A DNA stretch of 64,000 bases from Dimorphilus gyrociliatus (Eukaryota; Animalia; Annelida). The stretch spans positions 1,237,643-1,301,642 of the forward strand of contig CAJFCJ010000014.1 in NCBI GenBank assembly GCA_904063045.1, given 5' to 3'. Below are positions 51,701-64,000 of this stretch, piece after piece; within the stretch, counting starts at the first letter, position 1; each line of letters starts with the position of its first letter. Under the pieces are notes generated by a model. The model had not been told where the DNA came from. It did no database searches and saw only the letters and a program-made list of their open reading frames with translations. Made by a program: the position numbers and the translations under genes.

Positions 51701-54700
51701 ATCAATTCTTTTGATGTTCCGACATACAAAAAAAATGAAACAAGCAAAACTATTCTCTAAGTATAAACAACCAAAAAGAACGAGGGAATAAATATTTACC
51801 AGAATTGGTTTTTTTTTCTATTAGTCAATACCTTACTTCCGGTTCTTTATTGTTTTTTAATTAATGAGTAACAATCATAATGATATATACTGTACATAGA
51901 GAAGTATATTTTGGCCATAAGCACAGGTTTCGTGGTTGTTTTTTCTCTCCTTTGTTTACTATTGATTTGTTATCTTAATTAAGATAAGCTTAGTTCAGTT
52001 TTAAATAGATTAAATTTTACTATTTATATATAATGTTCTAAAAAAGAACAAAAAAATTTCACCCATATTTTTTCTCCTTTGGTCTATAATTGATCACTTG
52101 GTAATATACTTTTATTATCAATCGATAATATTACATTTTAGCTTTGACCTCTTATCGATTCTTTTACTTCAAAAGTATTTTAGCAATGGAAAGTAATTTA
52201 CAAGCCTAAAAAGAGATATCTATAAAATTACAATAAATTCAATTTTTTATTGGGGAATTTTATTTATTTTAATGGCCCCCTTATTTTCGCGTTTTAGAAC
52301 CTTTCAAGTAATTATCGAAACTAGTGGCATTTAATTAAATGTTTTGAAAAATAAAGAACGTTCTTTTAACAATTAAACACTAAAAAATGGAAATTATCGA
52401 ACGTAACGTTCGAAAAAAAGAAGAAAACTTTTTTAACGGAATGCTTTCTTTTTTTTAATGTCAAAAAGAGAACGGAACAAATTTCAGTTATTCATTATAT
52501 GGTTATGTTATTCGAATAGTTTTAAGATAATTAAGAGCCTGTTGATAGATATTCCGTTAGGTGTATATGATTGTTGATAGTTTCTTATCGTTATATACCG
52601 TTAGATAAGGAGATAGGAATTTTTGTGATCGTGATTAGTCGGAAAAAAATCTTTATGATTAATTATCGCTGTAGAATATATCTATTTTTCGTTTGTTATT
52701 ATTACTATTAACGATTCAAAGCTGCACATTTTTTCCATTAAATCCTTTTTTTTTAGTGACTTTTTCTATAATTCTGCAATTATGTTATTAAAAGAATTAG
52801 GTCAAGATATCAATAAAAAAAGAAAACCTCTTAACACTATAAAAAAGATTAAGAAGGTAATTACTATTAATTTAAAGTTTTAAAAATTTGTATTATCGCC
52901 CCTGCGCTAAAAAGGCTGCTCTATATTTAAATAATTCAAAGAGTCTTTGATTCGCTTTTATATCCATTGACCTTCCTATTGAAAATTTGTATGATTGCGA
53001 ATATTTATTACTATTTAAACTACGACGTAATCCAACCCCCTTGACTATATATATAGCAAAGTTGAAGCATTGACATATTCTACCGAAATGGCTACTAGGT
53101 CAAATTGTCAAAAGGAAAAGAGAATATTTAAAATTCCAATTGGCTTTCTTTTCAGAAAAAAAATGGAAATTTTTTCTTCTATTTTTTTCTCTTTATTTTG
53201 AATTTAAAAAAGAAAAACGTAAAGTTTATTTCCTTTTAGTTCTTTTCTCATTTTATTTCTTTCTTTATTTCTTTCTTTATCAACCTGTTGTTCCATTTAA
53301 AAATCTAATAGTTTAGAAAGTTTCAAGTGTTTTTGTTCAAGTATTCATGAGCCCACTAGAAAATTCTGTCGAGCTTAAAAAAAAGAACAATAAAAACTCT
53401 AGAAGAAACTGAATATTGTCCCCAATCCATTAGAGAATTGAAAGAGAGAGTACTATACATGTTTTTGAACTCCATCAAAGAGAGACACTTTTGTCCTTAG
53501 ATTACTCCCTTTTTAACACTTGGAATACTTTGGAAAGATTGAAAATTTCTTCTCTTATACTATTATATATATATATGTGTGTGTGTATTCGTGTATATAT
53601 AAACTATAGTAAAGCGATTCAAAGCCATTTGCATTCATTCACTTTTTTCAAAAGAAGGGGAAAAATGGAAAGAAAGAGTAAGTGAGTGAGTAAGAAAAAG
53701 AAAAGAAAGAAGATAGACAGAGAGAGAGAGAGAGAATGAGAGAATGAATGAAAGAAAAAAGTATGAATGAAAGGAATGAAAGAAAGAATAGAAAAAAAAA
53801 GAAATAAACTTCCATCTATCACTGAGCTTTTATATTTCAATTAGTAAATCCTATTAATAAAATTAATACAAAGATATGATTTCAAAATATGCAATAACAA
53901 AAAAAGAAATGATGGAGTGAAAATAATATAAACCAGAAAACCTTGAACGATAGATATGTAAATAGATAGACAGAGGGAAAGAGAGAAAGATAATATTGAA
54001 TAAATAAATAAATAAACAACTAGTAATTGTAGTGAAGGGTCTAATATATTTTATATATTTAAAAAATGTCCTGGTTTAAGCCACCCACATAACGGAACAA
54101 GAATGCAATTCAAATATTGTACTTATCACCGAATATTATTGGTATTCTACTATATCAAATTACATTTGTATATTTCAGTTCTTAAAGGATATTAGGCAAG
54201 ATACTCTCCATTTTCAACAGCTAAAAACTCTATAATAATAAAAGGAAATTTGACTTACCTTTACCACTCTAGAAATGCTTGTATTTAAACTAAAAATACA
54301 TTTTTTTATGACATTATATATATTTACATACTTTATATTTGTTAAATAATTTAACAAAAGAAATGTTTTAAAAAAATTGAAAGCCTATTTAACTAACTTA
54401 ACAGAATGGGGTCCTTAATTAAATATATACAGTGGAAATATATATATAGCTAAAAGATTTCTCTCTTTTTCTTTCTTTCTCTCTTTCTTTCTTTCTTTCT
54501 TTCTTTCTCTCTAGTCTTCCTTTTTTTTTTTAATTGATTAAAACATTAAAATAGTTTCAAGTATTTCTTTAAAATAAACATCTTTTTTTAATGGATTTTG
54601 TCTCTTAATATAATATATAAACTATTCAGAGTAGTTAAAAGATTATACAGTATATACATATATAAATAGTATATATCAGTCTAACTATACGTTTTTCAAG

Positions 54701-55895
54701 GTTTTCTATCATTTTTCAAGTAGTTATTTACAATCGTACAGGAAAAAAACAAGAGAGAAATCAATCGATAATTAAAAATATGAAAAATGGCTATTTATCT
54801 AAATAAAAAAAAAAGAAAAAGGAATTTTCATTGATAAAAGTTTTTTTTTAAAAAAAAACAATCAATCATTTTCATAAACCTAAATATCTTAACTTCAACA
54901 AGAATTATTTAGTCTTTTTTTGAGTTTTTCTATAAATAAATCATCTTATCGTTAAATTAAATAATACGGCTTTTTTTAAAAAGTCACCTAAACAAATTTG
55001 AATTATCTCTATGCAATGATATAATAACATTTAAACAAATTTTTTGATCTGATTTATGGATATAGCTTTGCGTTTCTATTATACTTTTATTAACAACACT
55101 TGAATAAAATATATAAGTAATAGGCCTATTAAGAGTTTATTTCTTCGTGTTTTTTTTCCTATCTTTCGCTCATTCACAACGCTTATATGTCTGTTTTTAT
55201 TTCTGTTTCATTTTCTATTTCTTTCTCTCCTTCTGTATGTCTCTCTCTTTTTATATAGACACATCCTCCTCCCTTTCTCTCTCTGTCTCGCACTCTTCCT
55301 ACTCTTTTTATATACATACGTTATATTCAGTTTTTATTTATATATAAAGTAACTTTATTATATTTATATTGCTCCTGTTCTAAAGATAGCTTTATTTACT
55401 TTTACAAACTACCGTTTAACATAATTGACTATACAATGCGAAAGGGTATTTTTTTAAACTGGGCTTAATGTTTATCTATACAAAAAAAGGAGAGATTGAG
55501 GTGCATAGCTCTTAACGGTATATTTTGTATCGATCAACTTTCCAATCAAAAGTTTAGCCTATATCTTTGAACATTGACGACCTAATAATTGGAAAATTGA
55601 TAACATAGAAAAAGGATAAGGAAAAGAATAGAGCCCGATACAAGAAAGTTAAACTCTTTTACCATAACGTATACAGTACTATCAACCGACTCAAATGCTA
55701 GGTAAACTTACAAGAGCTTGTCTAAACAATTAAGTCACGTACGACTTTTACGTAGCGTACGCAGTATTATGATTTTCTCTTTCCTGTCAGATTCAATGAG
55801 GATAAAGGCTTAGAGTTAGAGAAAAGGGAAAGAGAGCATATAAGTTATAAAGTTTATATTACTTTCCTATTTCCTAAACTTTTTTTTTATCTATT

Positions 55896-55902
<7 letters not shown>

Positions 55903-55930
<28 letters not shown>
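55903..55930. repeat. (AG)n microsatellite
   Basis: Perfect AG dinucleotide run. Confidence 0.9.
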
Positions 55931-55935
<5 letters not shown>

Positions 55936-57097
55936 CATACTGTTTTGTTTTTTAATCTTTTAGCAATTCTAATTAAAGTCTTTATCATATAATTTATTCA
56001 TAAGATATCGAAAAATATCATGTTTTTACTTTTTCCCTTGTTTTTAATGCAACTAATAATTATTAGATGGATATTATTACCTGTTTTTATGAGTATTTAT
56101 ACTTAATTACTATAAATATAATATAAATAGTTTGTTCGTATTAATAAACTAAAAAAGAATAGAATTTATATTCTGAGGTTTAAAAGTTCTCTCTCTCTCT
56201 CTACAAAATTACAATAGTATTCGAAAGTAATGACGATACTATGCTACTCTAGACCTATAATGATAAAGAATTGTTAAAAAAAAGTCACTTGAAATAAAGA
56301 TAACTTATAAATTATTATAGTTATAATCAATATACATATATATATATCAAACACATAGGATATTATAGATATTTTATACATCACATCTCTAACATCCTTT
56401 TTCAAGATTTTTTACTAACTCTACTCTAGTATTTGTATACTTGTTACAGTATTGCTGAATTTCTTCTACAATTCATTTACGTTTTGATAAAGTTTACCTA
56501 ATTGTTAAATTGATAAGAATTCGATAAGGTTTCAACGATGAGAATATCAATATGTATTAAGGAATATCAAAAGAACAAAAAACAAAAATTGCATTAAATA
56601 ATAATAATAAAAAAAAGCGTTCCCTCTTTTTCAAAATTCATTTCTCTCTAATTTTTATATTTTTAGTTTTTTATTCCTTCGCAAAAGATAACTTTATTGT
56701 AATTAACTTCACATTTTTTAAACTTTTTCTCCTATCTCTCTTTAAATATCTTTCCTTTTCTTTTAAATTGATTTTTCCTACTTCACTCTATCTTCATACA
56801 ATAGAATCTTTTCTTTATCTTTTCTTTCTTTTATACTGTATACATAATATTTGAACTCTTTTGTAATTTTTTTCCTAATAATATTAATAACAAGAGCGAT
56901 AAAAATGCAATAAAAAAGAACAAAAGGTCAACGAAGTATTCAAATCGGAAAAGGAAACGCTATGAAAAAAAAATGAAAGAGAAAGGAATAAAAACGATAA
57001 ATGTTTTTACACCTGAATGCTTAATTTCTTCTGTACAGAATCAGTTCATCAAGCAGTCTTTATTGCACTTCCGGCCAAAATAACCGTAAGTCTTATT

Positions 57098-60000
57098 TTA
57101 GGCTTCGGAATCGTTTTTGTTATTTTTTACATATTTATCAAGACCTAAGTCCTTCAATAGGCTGCTCGTAGATTCATTCTCATCGTCAATAGAAAAAAGA
57201 CCGGCAGGGGGTTGAGGCGGGTCAAGACCCACGTAATAGGACATCCCACCGACTGATACCTGAGCTGGACGAGGTGATTGTAGAGTTACATTATCGTTGG
57301 TGTCTTTGATTACGGTTGTTTTACCATCCAACTCTGCCGAATAACGCTTATAGCTCAACGGTGCTATTGTGGGAGATGCTGATTCTTCTATTGGTTCACC
57401 TTCTTTGAGGCTATCGTTATCGGTATCAGGTGAATTTACAGCCTTTACAACCACAGCTTTGACGGCAGTACCATTATCGCCACTCTTTCGCCGAAGAAGT
57501 ATATCCGCCTTCTCATCTGCAACAATTACATCGTCCTCATTTGTTCTTGGAGTAATTGTAGAAGACGGCCTATCCTCTTCCGACGAAGAACTCGATGTTC
57601 TCGACCTTTTCTGCTCATCTACCATAACAACAGTTGTTGAGGATTTAGCGTTAGGCGATAATGCCGACATTCGTTTGGCATCTTCTGGTTCGTAAGACGC
57701 CTTAATTATGTCTAATTTGTCGGCATCAGATAAATGCTTGAATTCAATCTTTTCGCTATTTTCCTGAATCCTAATAACTTCTTTTATGGCTTCTTCTTCA
57801 ATAATTTTTGCAGTTATTTCGGCTTCAGCGACAATTCTAGCCTCATCTGTCATGTCCTTCTTTTCTTCAACAATTATCGCCTCAGGCGTTTCTTCCAGCG
57901 TTTTAGCCATTAACTCGGCCAACGTAGGACCGTCGTGTATTTCAACCACTGTATCATTACTTTCGGAAGATCTCGGCGCCTCCTCAATATCAATTCGGTG
58001 ATCTTGAACAAAAGCGGGAACAACTGGTTGTTCTTCAGCGGCTATATATTCACATTGTGAGCTACTAACGGACTTTTTATCTTCATCTCCGTCTTTATCA
58101 TTTTTTTTCTTGTCGCTATCATTTTCGACCTCGTTAACATTGTGAACTACAACACTAGCTTCAGTTAGAAGCGTTGATTCTATGCTGACATTTTTCTCTA
58201 CCAAGATACTTTCCTCTTTCATTCTTCCTTGCTCAAAATTTGATGATACTTCAGATAGCATTTCGGAACTGTCTAGCTTAACATCGGGAAAGTTAAAGGT
58301 AGTATCAACTGTATCCGTCTCATCTTCTTTTCTTATTTCCTTTTGGCTGAGCACTCTTCTAGTAGTTGCATCCGAATAGGTTGGAGATTTGTTTGTCTTG
58401 TCGATTTGATGGATATTATCCACAGATTGACTTCGGAATAAAGGATTAAATGGAGTTTTAACAAATCTTCCACCAGCCTCTTCTCCTTCGCTTCCATTGT
58501 CTTCTTCGATGTTTTCTTTGGCTTGACTTTTACTTTCTCTTTCCAAAGTGATATCGCAAGGGTGAGTAGATGCGTAACTAATTATAGTTAGAGCATCCTC
58601 CAAAACAATATTCTCAAAGGAGACAGTAAATGATAAAATCTTATCTCCAACTTGTATCTTGCCACTTTCCTTAGCAGGTCCTCTGTTGCCTAATTTACTA
58701 ATATAGACTCCTTTAGTCATATTTCCTTTGATGTCGAAACCGAGCCCCCAAGGATCGTCACTCTTCAGTGGCACACTAAAGACCGTAGGCTTCTTCAAAA
58801 GAATATTAAAGTTAATTATTTATACACTTCATATGCATATAATTTGCATAAAACTTACATTTACTTTATCTTCGTAACATTTACTAAACACAACTCGTTT
58901 GTCGGAAGTCGATCTCTGAAGTGTTTTAACAATTATATAACCATGTTTTGATAATGATTACACCGAATTTCTTTTTTTACATATGATTTGAATAGAAATA
59001 GTTTTTTTTAAAAGGAAGAGAAGAATTTTCTTCTTTTATTCTTTTCTTACAATTATTTTCTATTTTTCTCAAATGTTTACCTACCTTTCTAAGCTTGGTC
59101 GATTCGTCATCTTGAACTGTATGTTTGCCTGTTCAGTAGTAAAGGTAGAATGTTTACAATCACAATCAAAAACCAATAATCGCATTAAGAAATAGGAAGA
59201 AGACGTAAAACATCTGCCATCCTAAAATCTCGATTGATTTTAATATTTTTACGGGTTTTATGCTAATCCTAGCATATTAGGTTTATATTTCTGTTCTTCA
59301 AATTTCGCCAAATTATCAATAAGAAGCAAAATAATTAGAGAAAATATCCCATTATATTAATACCAGTTGTATATATTGATATATATATAATTCGAGCAAA
59401 GTACGAAATATAACTTGATTGAAAAGCTTATGTTATTTATATGTTGGTCTAAAATAGTATAATCGATAGGTTATAAATGAAAGACGTTAGTCAGAAATTT
59501 AATCAGTTTGGCCATTGACGGGACCATTTAGCGGAATGATCGATATAATACTTGATTGCAACAGTGTCGCATAAATCGTTTATGCAAACAAGTTTTTAAA
59601 CTATCTAAACTCTATTAGTGTCTTTACTCCACTTAGCCGATGTCAAACGGGGAAAAGTTTCTATTCTATTATTCCTTCAAAATATTCTCCCTATCGAACG
59701 AATGGAATGCCTAGAATGCTCGGAATTGGCTAACGGCCAAAAAAAAATTTCGTATTGAAATTACCAAAAGTCGGTCTAACTTGTTTCTCCAAAAAGAAAC
59801 GTTTGTAATAGAGAAAAGACTCGTCGTTCATCCGATAGAGTTTGCGTAAGCATTAATAAGTTGATTCAACGTAAATATCAATAATTTCAGGAATGCTCGA
59901 TCGGCACCTAAAGATCTAGGCCTATTTTAAGAATTGAGTGAAAAAGATAAAGAGTTTTTTTCTACATGAAGAAAAGGTAAAAAAAGGGTTATTCACCTTC

Positions 60001-61101
60001 CCATTTAACTTTAGATTTATCTACTTTTCCATTCAAGTTCACGGCCCCTTCTTCGTCCTGTTCGTAGCTTGGGTTGTCAAACGATTGTAGATTTTTCCTT
60101 TTACCGCCCTTTTTACCTGATCGAACAATTGCATCTAATTATTCAACGAAAGCCATGTAATTAAGGCAAATACCATTACTCTTACTCCCTTACAATAGCT
60201 GTCAATAGCTTGAATCTTTTCTACCTACCCCTTTCCCCTTTTACCTCCTTTCTTTAAACATTTCTATTTATACCTAAACGTCTGCGGAAGAAGGCGTAAC
60301 AGGTAACATGGTTTCGCGTGACACTCAAAAAGGCTATGGGAGGAGATTGAGGTGGCAAAAGGAGTAAGAGTGAAAGAAGAGATAGAAAATTATTGAAAAT
60401 TAGTATGAATGAATGAATGAATGTGTGAGAAAGAGTGTGTGAGTGTGTGAGTGAGTGTGAGACAGAGGGAGAGAGAGAGGGAATGAATGATTGACTGAAT
60501 GAATGAACGAGCGAAAGAGAGAGCGCGCGAAGGAAAAAGAAGGGGTAAGATAAGAAAGGGGGAAGAAAGCTCCCCTAAATCTATTCTCAACCCAACTCGA
60601 TTTATACGCTCTCTTGCCCGCCAACAATCATTATGTTTTTACTACGTCTTTTTCATTAAGTAACAATTGACATACTAGTGAAATAAAGAGTCAGTGCATA
60701 TTTTAGTTTAACACTTTGATAAGGTAGAATTTTTTGCTATCATTTCTAACGAGCGCAATTCGGTAGATAAAAACGAAAATTTCTATTATCTCAATTGACA
60801 AAATGTAAATTTTAAATCGCATTTTTACTGAATAACACATCTTGTTTTTGCATTTTAAAGGGACGCTATATTACATAATCAAATTTTACATGTACTCACT
60901 CTCAACTTGCTTAGTAGCTCTTTTCTTTTCTATAATTCTATAGGCGAGGAATGCTAATGCACATAGTATAATCGTTCCGGCAATACATCCAATAGCTATT
61001 CCGGCGGCGATACCTCCCGAACAGGAGGCCGCTTGAACGACGAGAGGTAGAACGGAATAGAGAAGAAGTCGAAAATTGCCCCACCCGGCGCCGTGCATCA
61101 T
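57098..61101 (-). CDS. Single-pass membrane protein with a periaxin/AHNAK-type PDZ domain and acidic disordered tail (5 exons, ~705 aa)
   Basis: Exons 61101-60900, 60116-59997, 59128-59085, 58915-58859, 58792-57098 in phase. Signal peptide, TM IAAGIAIGCIAGTIILCALAFLAY, and PDZ GLGFDIKG..GVYISKL...GDKILSFTVSFENIVLEDALTIISYA. Confidence 0.75.
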
Positions 61102-62175
61102 TCACCACTGAACATTAAAAAAAGAGCTATGAGAGCGACACCTAGTTGTATGAAAGTATTCATTCCGCATAGTTGCGCTTCTTGTGGTCGCGTATTGAAA
61201 TTACTTCCAAACCACATACTTTCTCGATTTTTTATGAATCGAATACTTAAACAGGTAGTAATTCAGTTTTTTTTATTTCTTTTTATGTATTTGACACCAG
61301 GAAAAAATAACGTTTAACGACATGGAAAAGCATACATATTATTATATAATAAATATATATTGTATAGATATTTGCTAGGAGACTGTTAGCTATTTATAAC
61401 GGGAGAAAAAAAAGACAAATTAATAAATTAATACAGAAAAACTTACGACACAAGCATAAATTCAAACACTATCTGAAAATTATCAATGCATGTAAAATGA
61501 TTATAATTTTCGTCTATTTAAAATGTTAAAAGAGGGAGAAACATCTGCTTTTTCTTCCCTCAACAACTGCTTTCTTTTCTAGAACATAGAACAAGAATTT
61601 TTGTCTGTACAAATCTGTACATAATATATACTTTTTATATTATTTGCATATTTTCTTGTAGTTTTGAAGTAATATTTCTTTTGATGGTAGGAAGAGAGAG
61701 AAGAGAGAAGAGAGAGAGGAAGGAGAAATGAAGAGGATGAATAAGTGAATACAGGATTCAATGAGAAAAAGAGATATTAGGATAAGAGAATAAAAGAGAG
61801 AAAGAACAGGGAGCGATTAAGTCGCCAAATTATAAACACTTTCTTTTTTCTTGAACAATTCTCTATCGCCATAAATATCGTTAACAAATAGTTTAGGATA
61901 AATTGGAGAAAAATCCATAAAAACTTTTCATATTTCTAAAGATAGACGACAACTAGAGGAACACCGCAACTACGTACGAATGCGCACACCAATCACACAC
62001 TTGTGACAAGAGGGCATTATTTTTTTAAATGTTTTGCATGACTAGAAAAAAGAGGATAAAGCAGCACTGTTCTGCGCCCGAGAAATTACAAATTATCAAC
62101 AAAAATTTAAAAATTAATTAATAAAAACATACATAGTCTATAGAAAAGATCGTAATAAACGAATTTTTGATGGCA

Positions 62176-63931
62176 TTATATATCGATAACCATTTTCTTA
62201 TGTACATCCAAATTTCCAACAACCTATTTATGGAATAAAAACATTGAATTTTTAGTAAAACGTAAAGTATTAATTCCAACTAGTTTAAACTAAAAAGCGG
62301 TAAAAAAAACCGAAACATTAGTTAAATCGAAATTAAAAGAGTTTCAACTTACTCCACAAAATTCTTCGAACGAAATTTTACCGTCTCCATCCGAGTCAGC
62401 GTAAATAATAGTTTTGTCTACTATTTGCTGCAGTTGTGCATCTTTCAAATTCGAACCAACCATCATCTTAAGTACTTGAAATAATTCACCATTAGAGATA
62501 TAGCCATCCTTATCCATATCATATATCTTAAAGGCAACTGTATAAACGGAAAGGGAGGGGAAAAAAGAATAGATTTTATTTCTTATCTGTTTAATGAACT
62601 AAAAAAATATCTAAAAAAAATATCTAAAAATATACATATATACATATGTATAAAATATATATATATATATATATATAATTGCATAATATATGTTAATAGA
62701 TAATAAATAAATAAAGTGCGTGTTAAACACTCACATCAGTCGACAAAATACTACTAATAAAATAAAAGTGCGTAATATAATCAGAATAGCTGGGAATTGT
62801 AGGAAATCATTAAATGGGATTAAATTACTTTTTTTACGCTTTAAAGCAGCGTTAATAAAACTTTTGATAATTAAGAAAAAAAAATAAAGTGTATAATGTA
62901 AAAACGTATAAAGCTACATGCTAATTTTTTGTTTGTTTTTCTAATATTGAATAACTAAAATCATTGATAAAAGCTATATATGAAAAAATAGATTTATCAT
63001 GCGGGTTATACCACCGCCACAAAAGAACCATAGATAGGCAGTCAGATTTTACTTCTGAAAAAAGATACCATACATTTCGACAAGTTTTACATAGGTAGTA
63101 ATGATTATTACGGATTATACTAATGCCGCTTAAAAGAAAGTTTTTGTTATATTTAATCTCTGCTAATACTAACATCTTAATTTGGATTCCTTGTCACCTT
63201 TAACCGAGAACTGTGACATTCCTTCTATGAATTCTGCAGATTTATATATTCATGCATTAGTATATACTTTTGAATGTTGTCAATAGTCAACTACCTTTAA
63301 AATCAACTTCACCATTGCCATCTGTATCGAAGATATCAATCACTCGCTGAACTAGCGGATTTTGCTGAAGCTCTGGTAATGACATAAACTCTTCTACACT
63401 CAAAGATCCAGAATTATCCAAATCTAACTTCTTAAATCGTTTTCCTAATCGTTTTATTTCATCTGGATCAACTGTAACGAAAAAATAAATGACTCAACCT
63501 TTTTCAATATTTTACCAGTTGCTTCGGGGAGGGCGTGACTTACATACAACGCCTCCTAAAGTTACTTGACTGTTAGCGTTTACTGTAGGCTCCATTGTGC
63601 TACTAAATGCCCGAGCGTTGCGCCTCTACTTATTTTTACCAGCGTTTAAATCGCCATTCGTAACTAAGGTATGCAAAATTAAGAGCAGGGGGCGCACCGT
63701 GTTCGAAATAAAGCTATTCAATCCAACTCTTATATTTCACGGTTAATCAATATTTATCCTTTGTATACAAATTATGCTATGCCAACATACGAAAATAAGA
63801 CCTTAAAGAGGTTGACGAAACGCTACTCATTTTTAAGTGCACAATCTTTAGACGCTCAAGAATCTGACAATAAATCAAGTTCAATACTTACACGTTGAGC
63901 AAAGTTCCAACGGTAATGAAATGTCGTTTCC
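62176..63931 (-). CDS. PPP3R1: Calcineurin subunit B (5'-partial; the ATG exon lies beyond the window)
   Basis: Exons 63931-63892 ([13 protein letters not shown]), 63471-63295, 63233-63174, 62537-62353, 62223-62176 in phase. Four EF-hands ([48 protein letters not shown]); ends [15 protein letters not shown]. Confidence 0.96.
62655..62677. repeat. (AT)n microsatellite in a calcineurin B intron
   Basis: AT dinucleotide run. Confidence 0.85.
63544..63595 (-). other. Candidate alternative first coding exon of calcineurin B
   Basis: ATG at 63595 in context GCACAATGG, 52 nt reading [17 protein letters not shown], then a phase-1 GTAAGT donor matching the phase of the next exon. Confidence 0.5.
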
Positions 63932-64000
63932 CTGAAAATCGATGGTATAAGCATTTATAAAAACGATTGACAAATTTATATATTATTGTTATATCGTACA

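Noticed and set aside
51280-51984. Hydrophobic mini-exon candidates on the + strand (..FVVVLSQDFALAK | KYILAISTGFVVVF..)
   Set aside because: No in-frame ATG or convincing upstream exon; T-rich DNA yields hydrophobic translations by chance.
51970-51987. 18-bp perfect palindrome TTATCTTAATTAAGATAA
   Set aside because: Almost all A/T in a very AT-rich region; no repeats, target-site duplication or second copy seen.

Overview
Eukaryotic, very AT-rich, gene-dense DNA with short (~55-100 nt) GT-AG introns. The RXR and calcineurin B sequences look lophotrochozoan, and the compactness suggests a miniaturised genome such as a meiofaunal annelid (inference only). Conserved genes: KATNB1, TMEM203, RXR, CCDC97, an 18-exon ABCA2, CLHC1 and calcineurin B. 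A lineage-specific-looking stretch (19.5-48.7 kb) holds four intronless F-box/LRR paralogs, a small Cys-rich Ser-Gly GPI-type protein, a four-member orphan gene family and a C-type-lectin membrane protein with a 99-bp tandem-repeat stalk. It also holds a 9-exon gene fusing a 3-hydroxyacyl-CoA-dehydrogenase NAD-binding domain, with its catalytic Ser/His/Glu replaced, to a C-terminal RING finger. That fusion and the orphan family are the strongest candidates for an undescribed system. Other notable points: RXR has Asn in place of the AF-2 charge-clamp Glu; a nearby small ORF has an NR0B-like NR box; ABCA2 has a duplicated exon that could truncate it before NBD1; calcineurin B has a candidate non-myristoylated first exon; and there is a single-pass periaxin-type PDZ protein. 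All exon models were built by hand from splice signals and reading-frame phase; no database searches were run.
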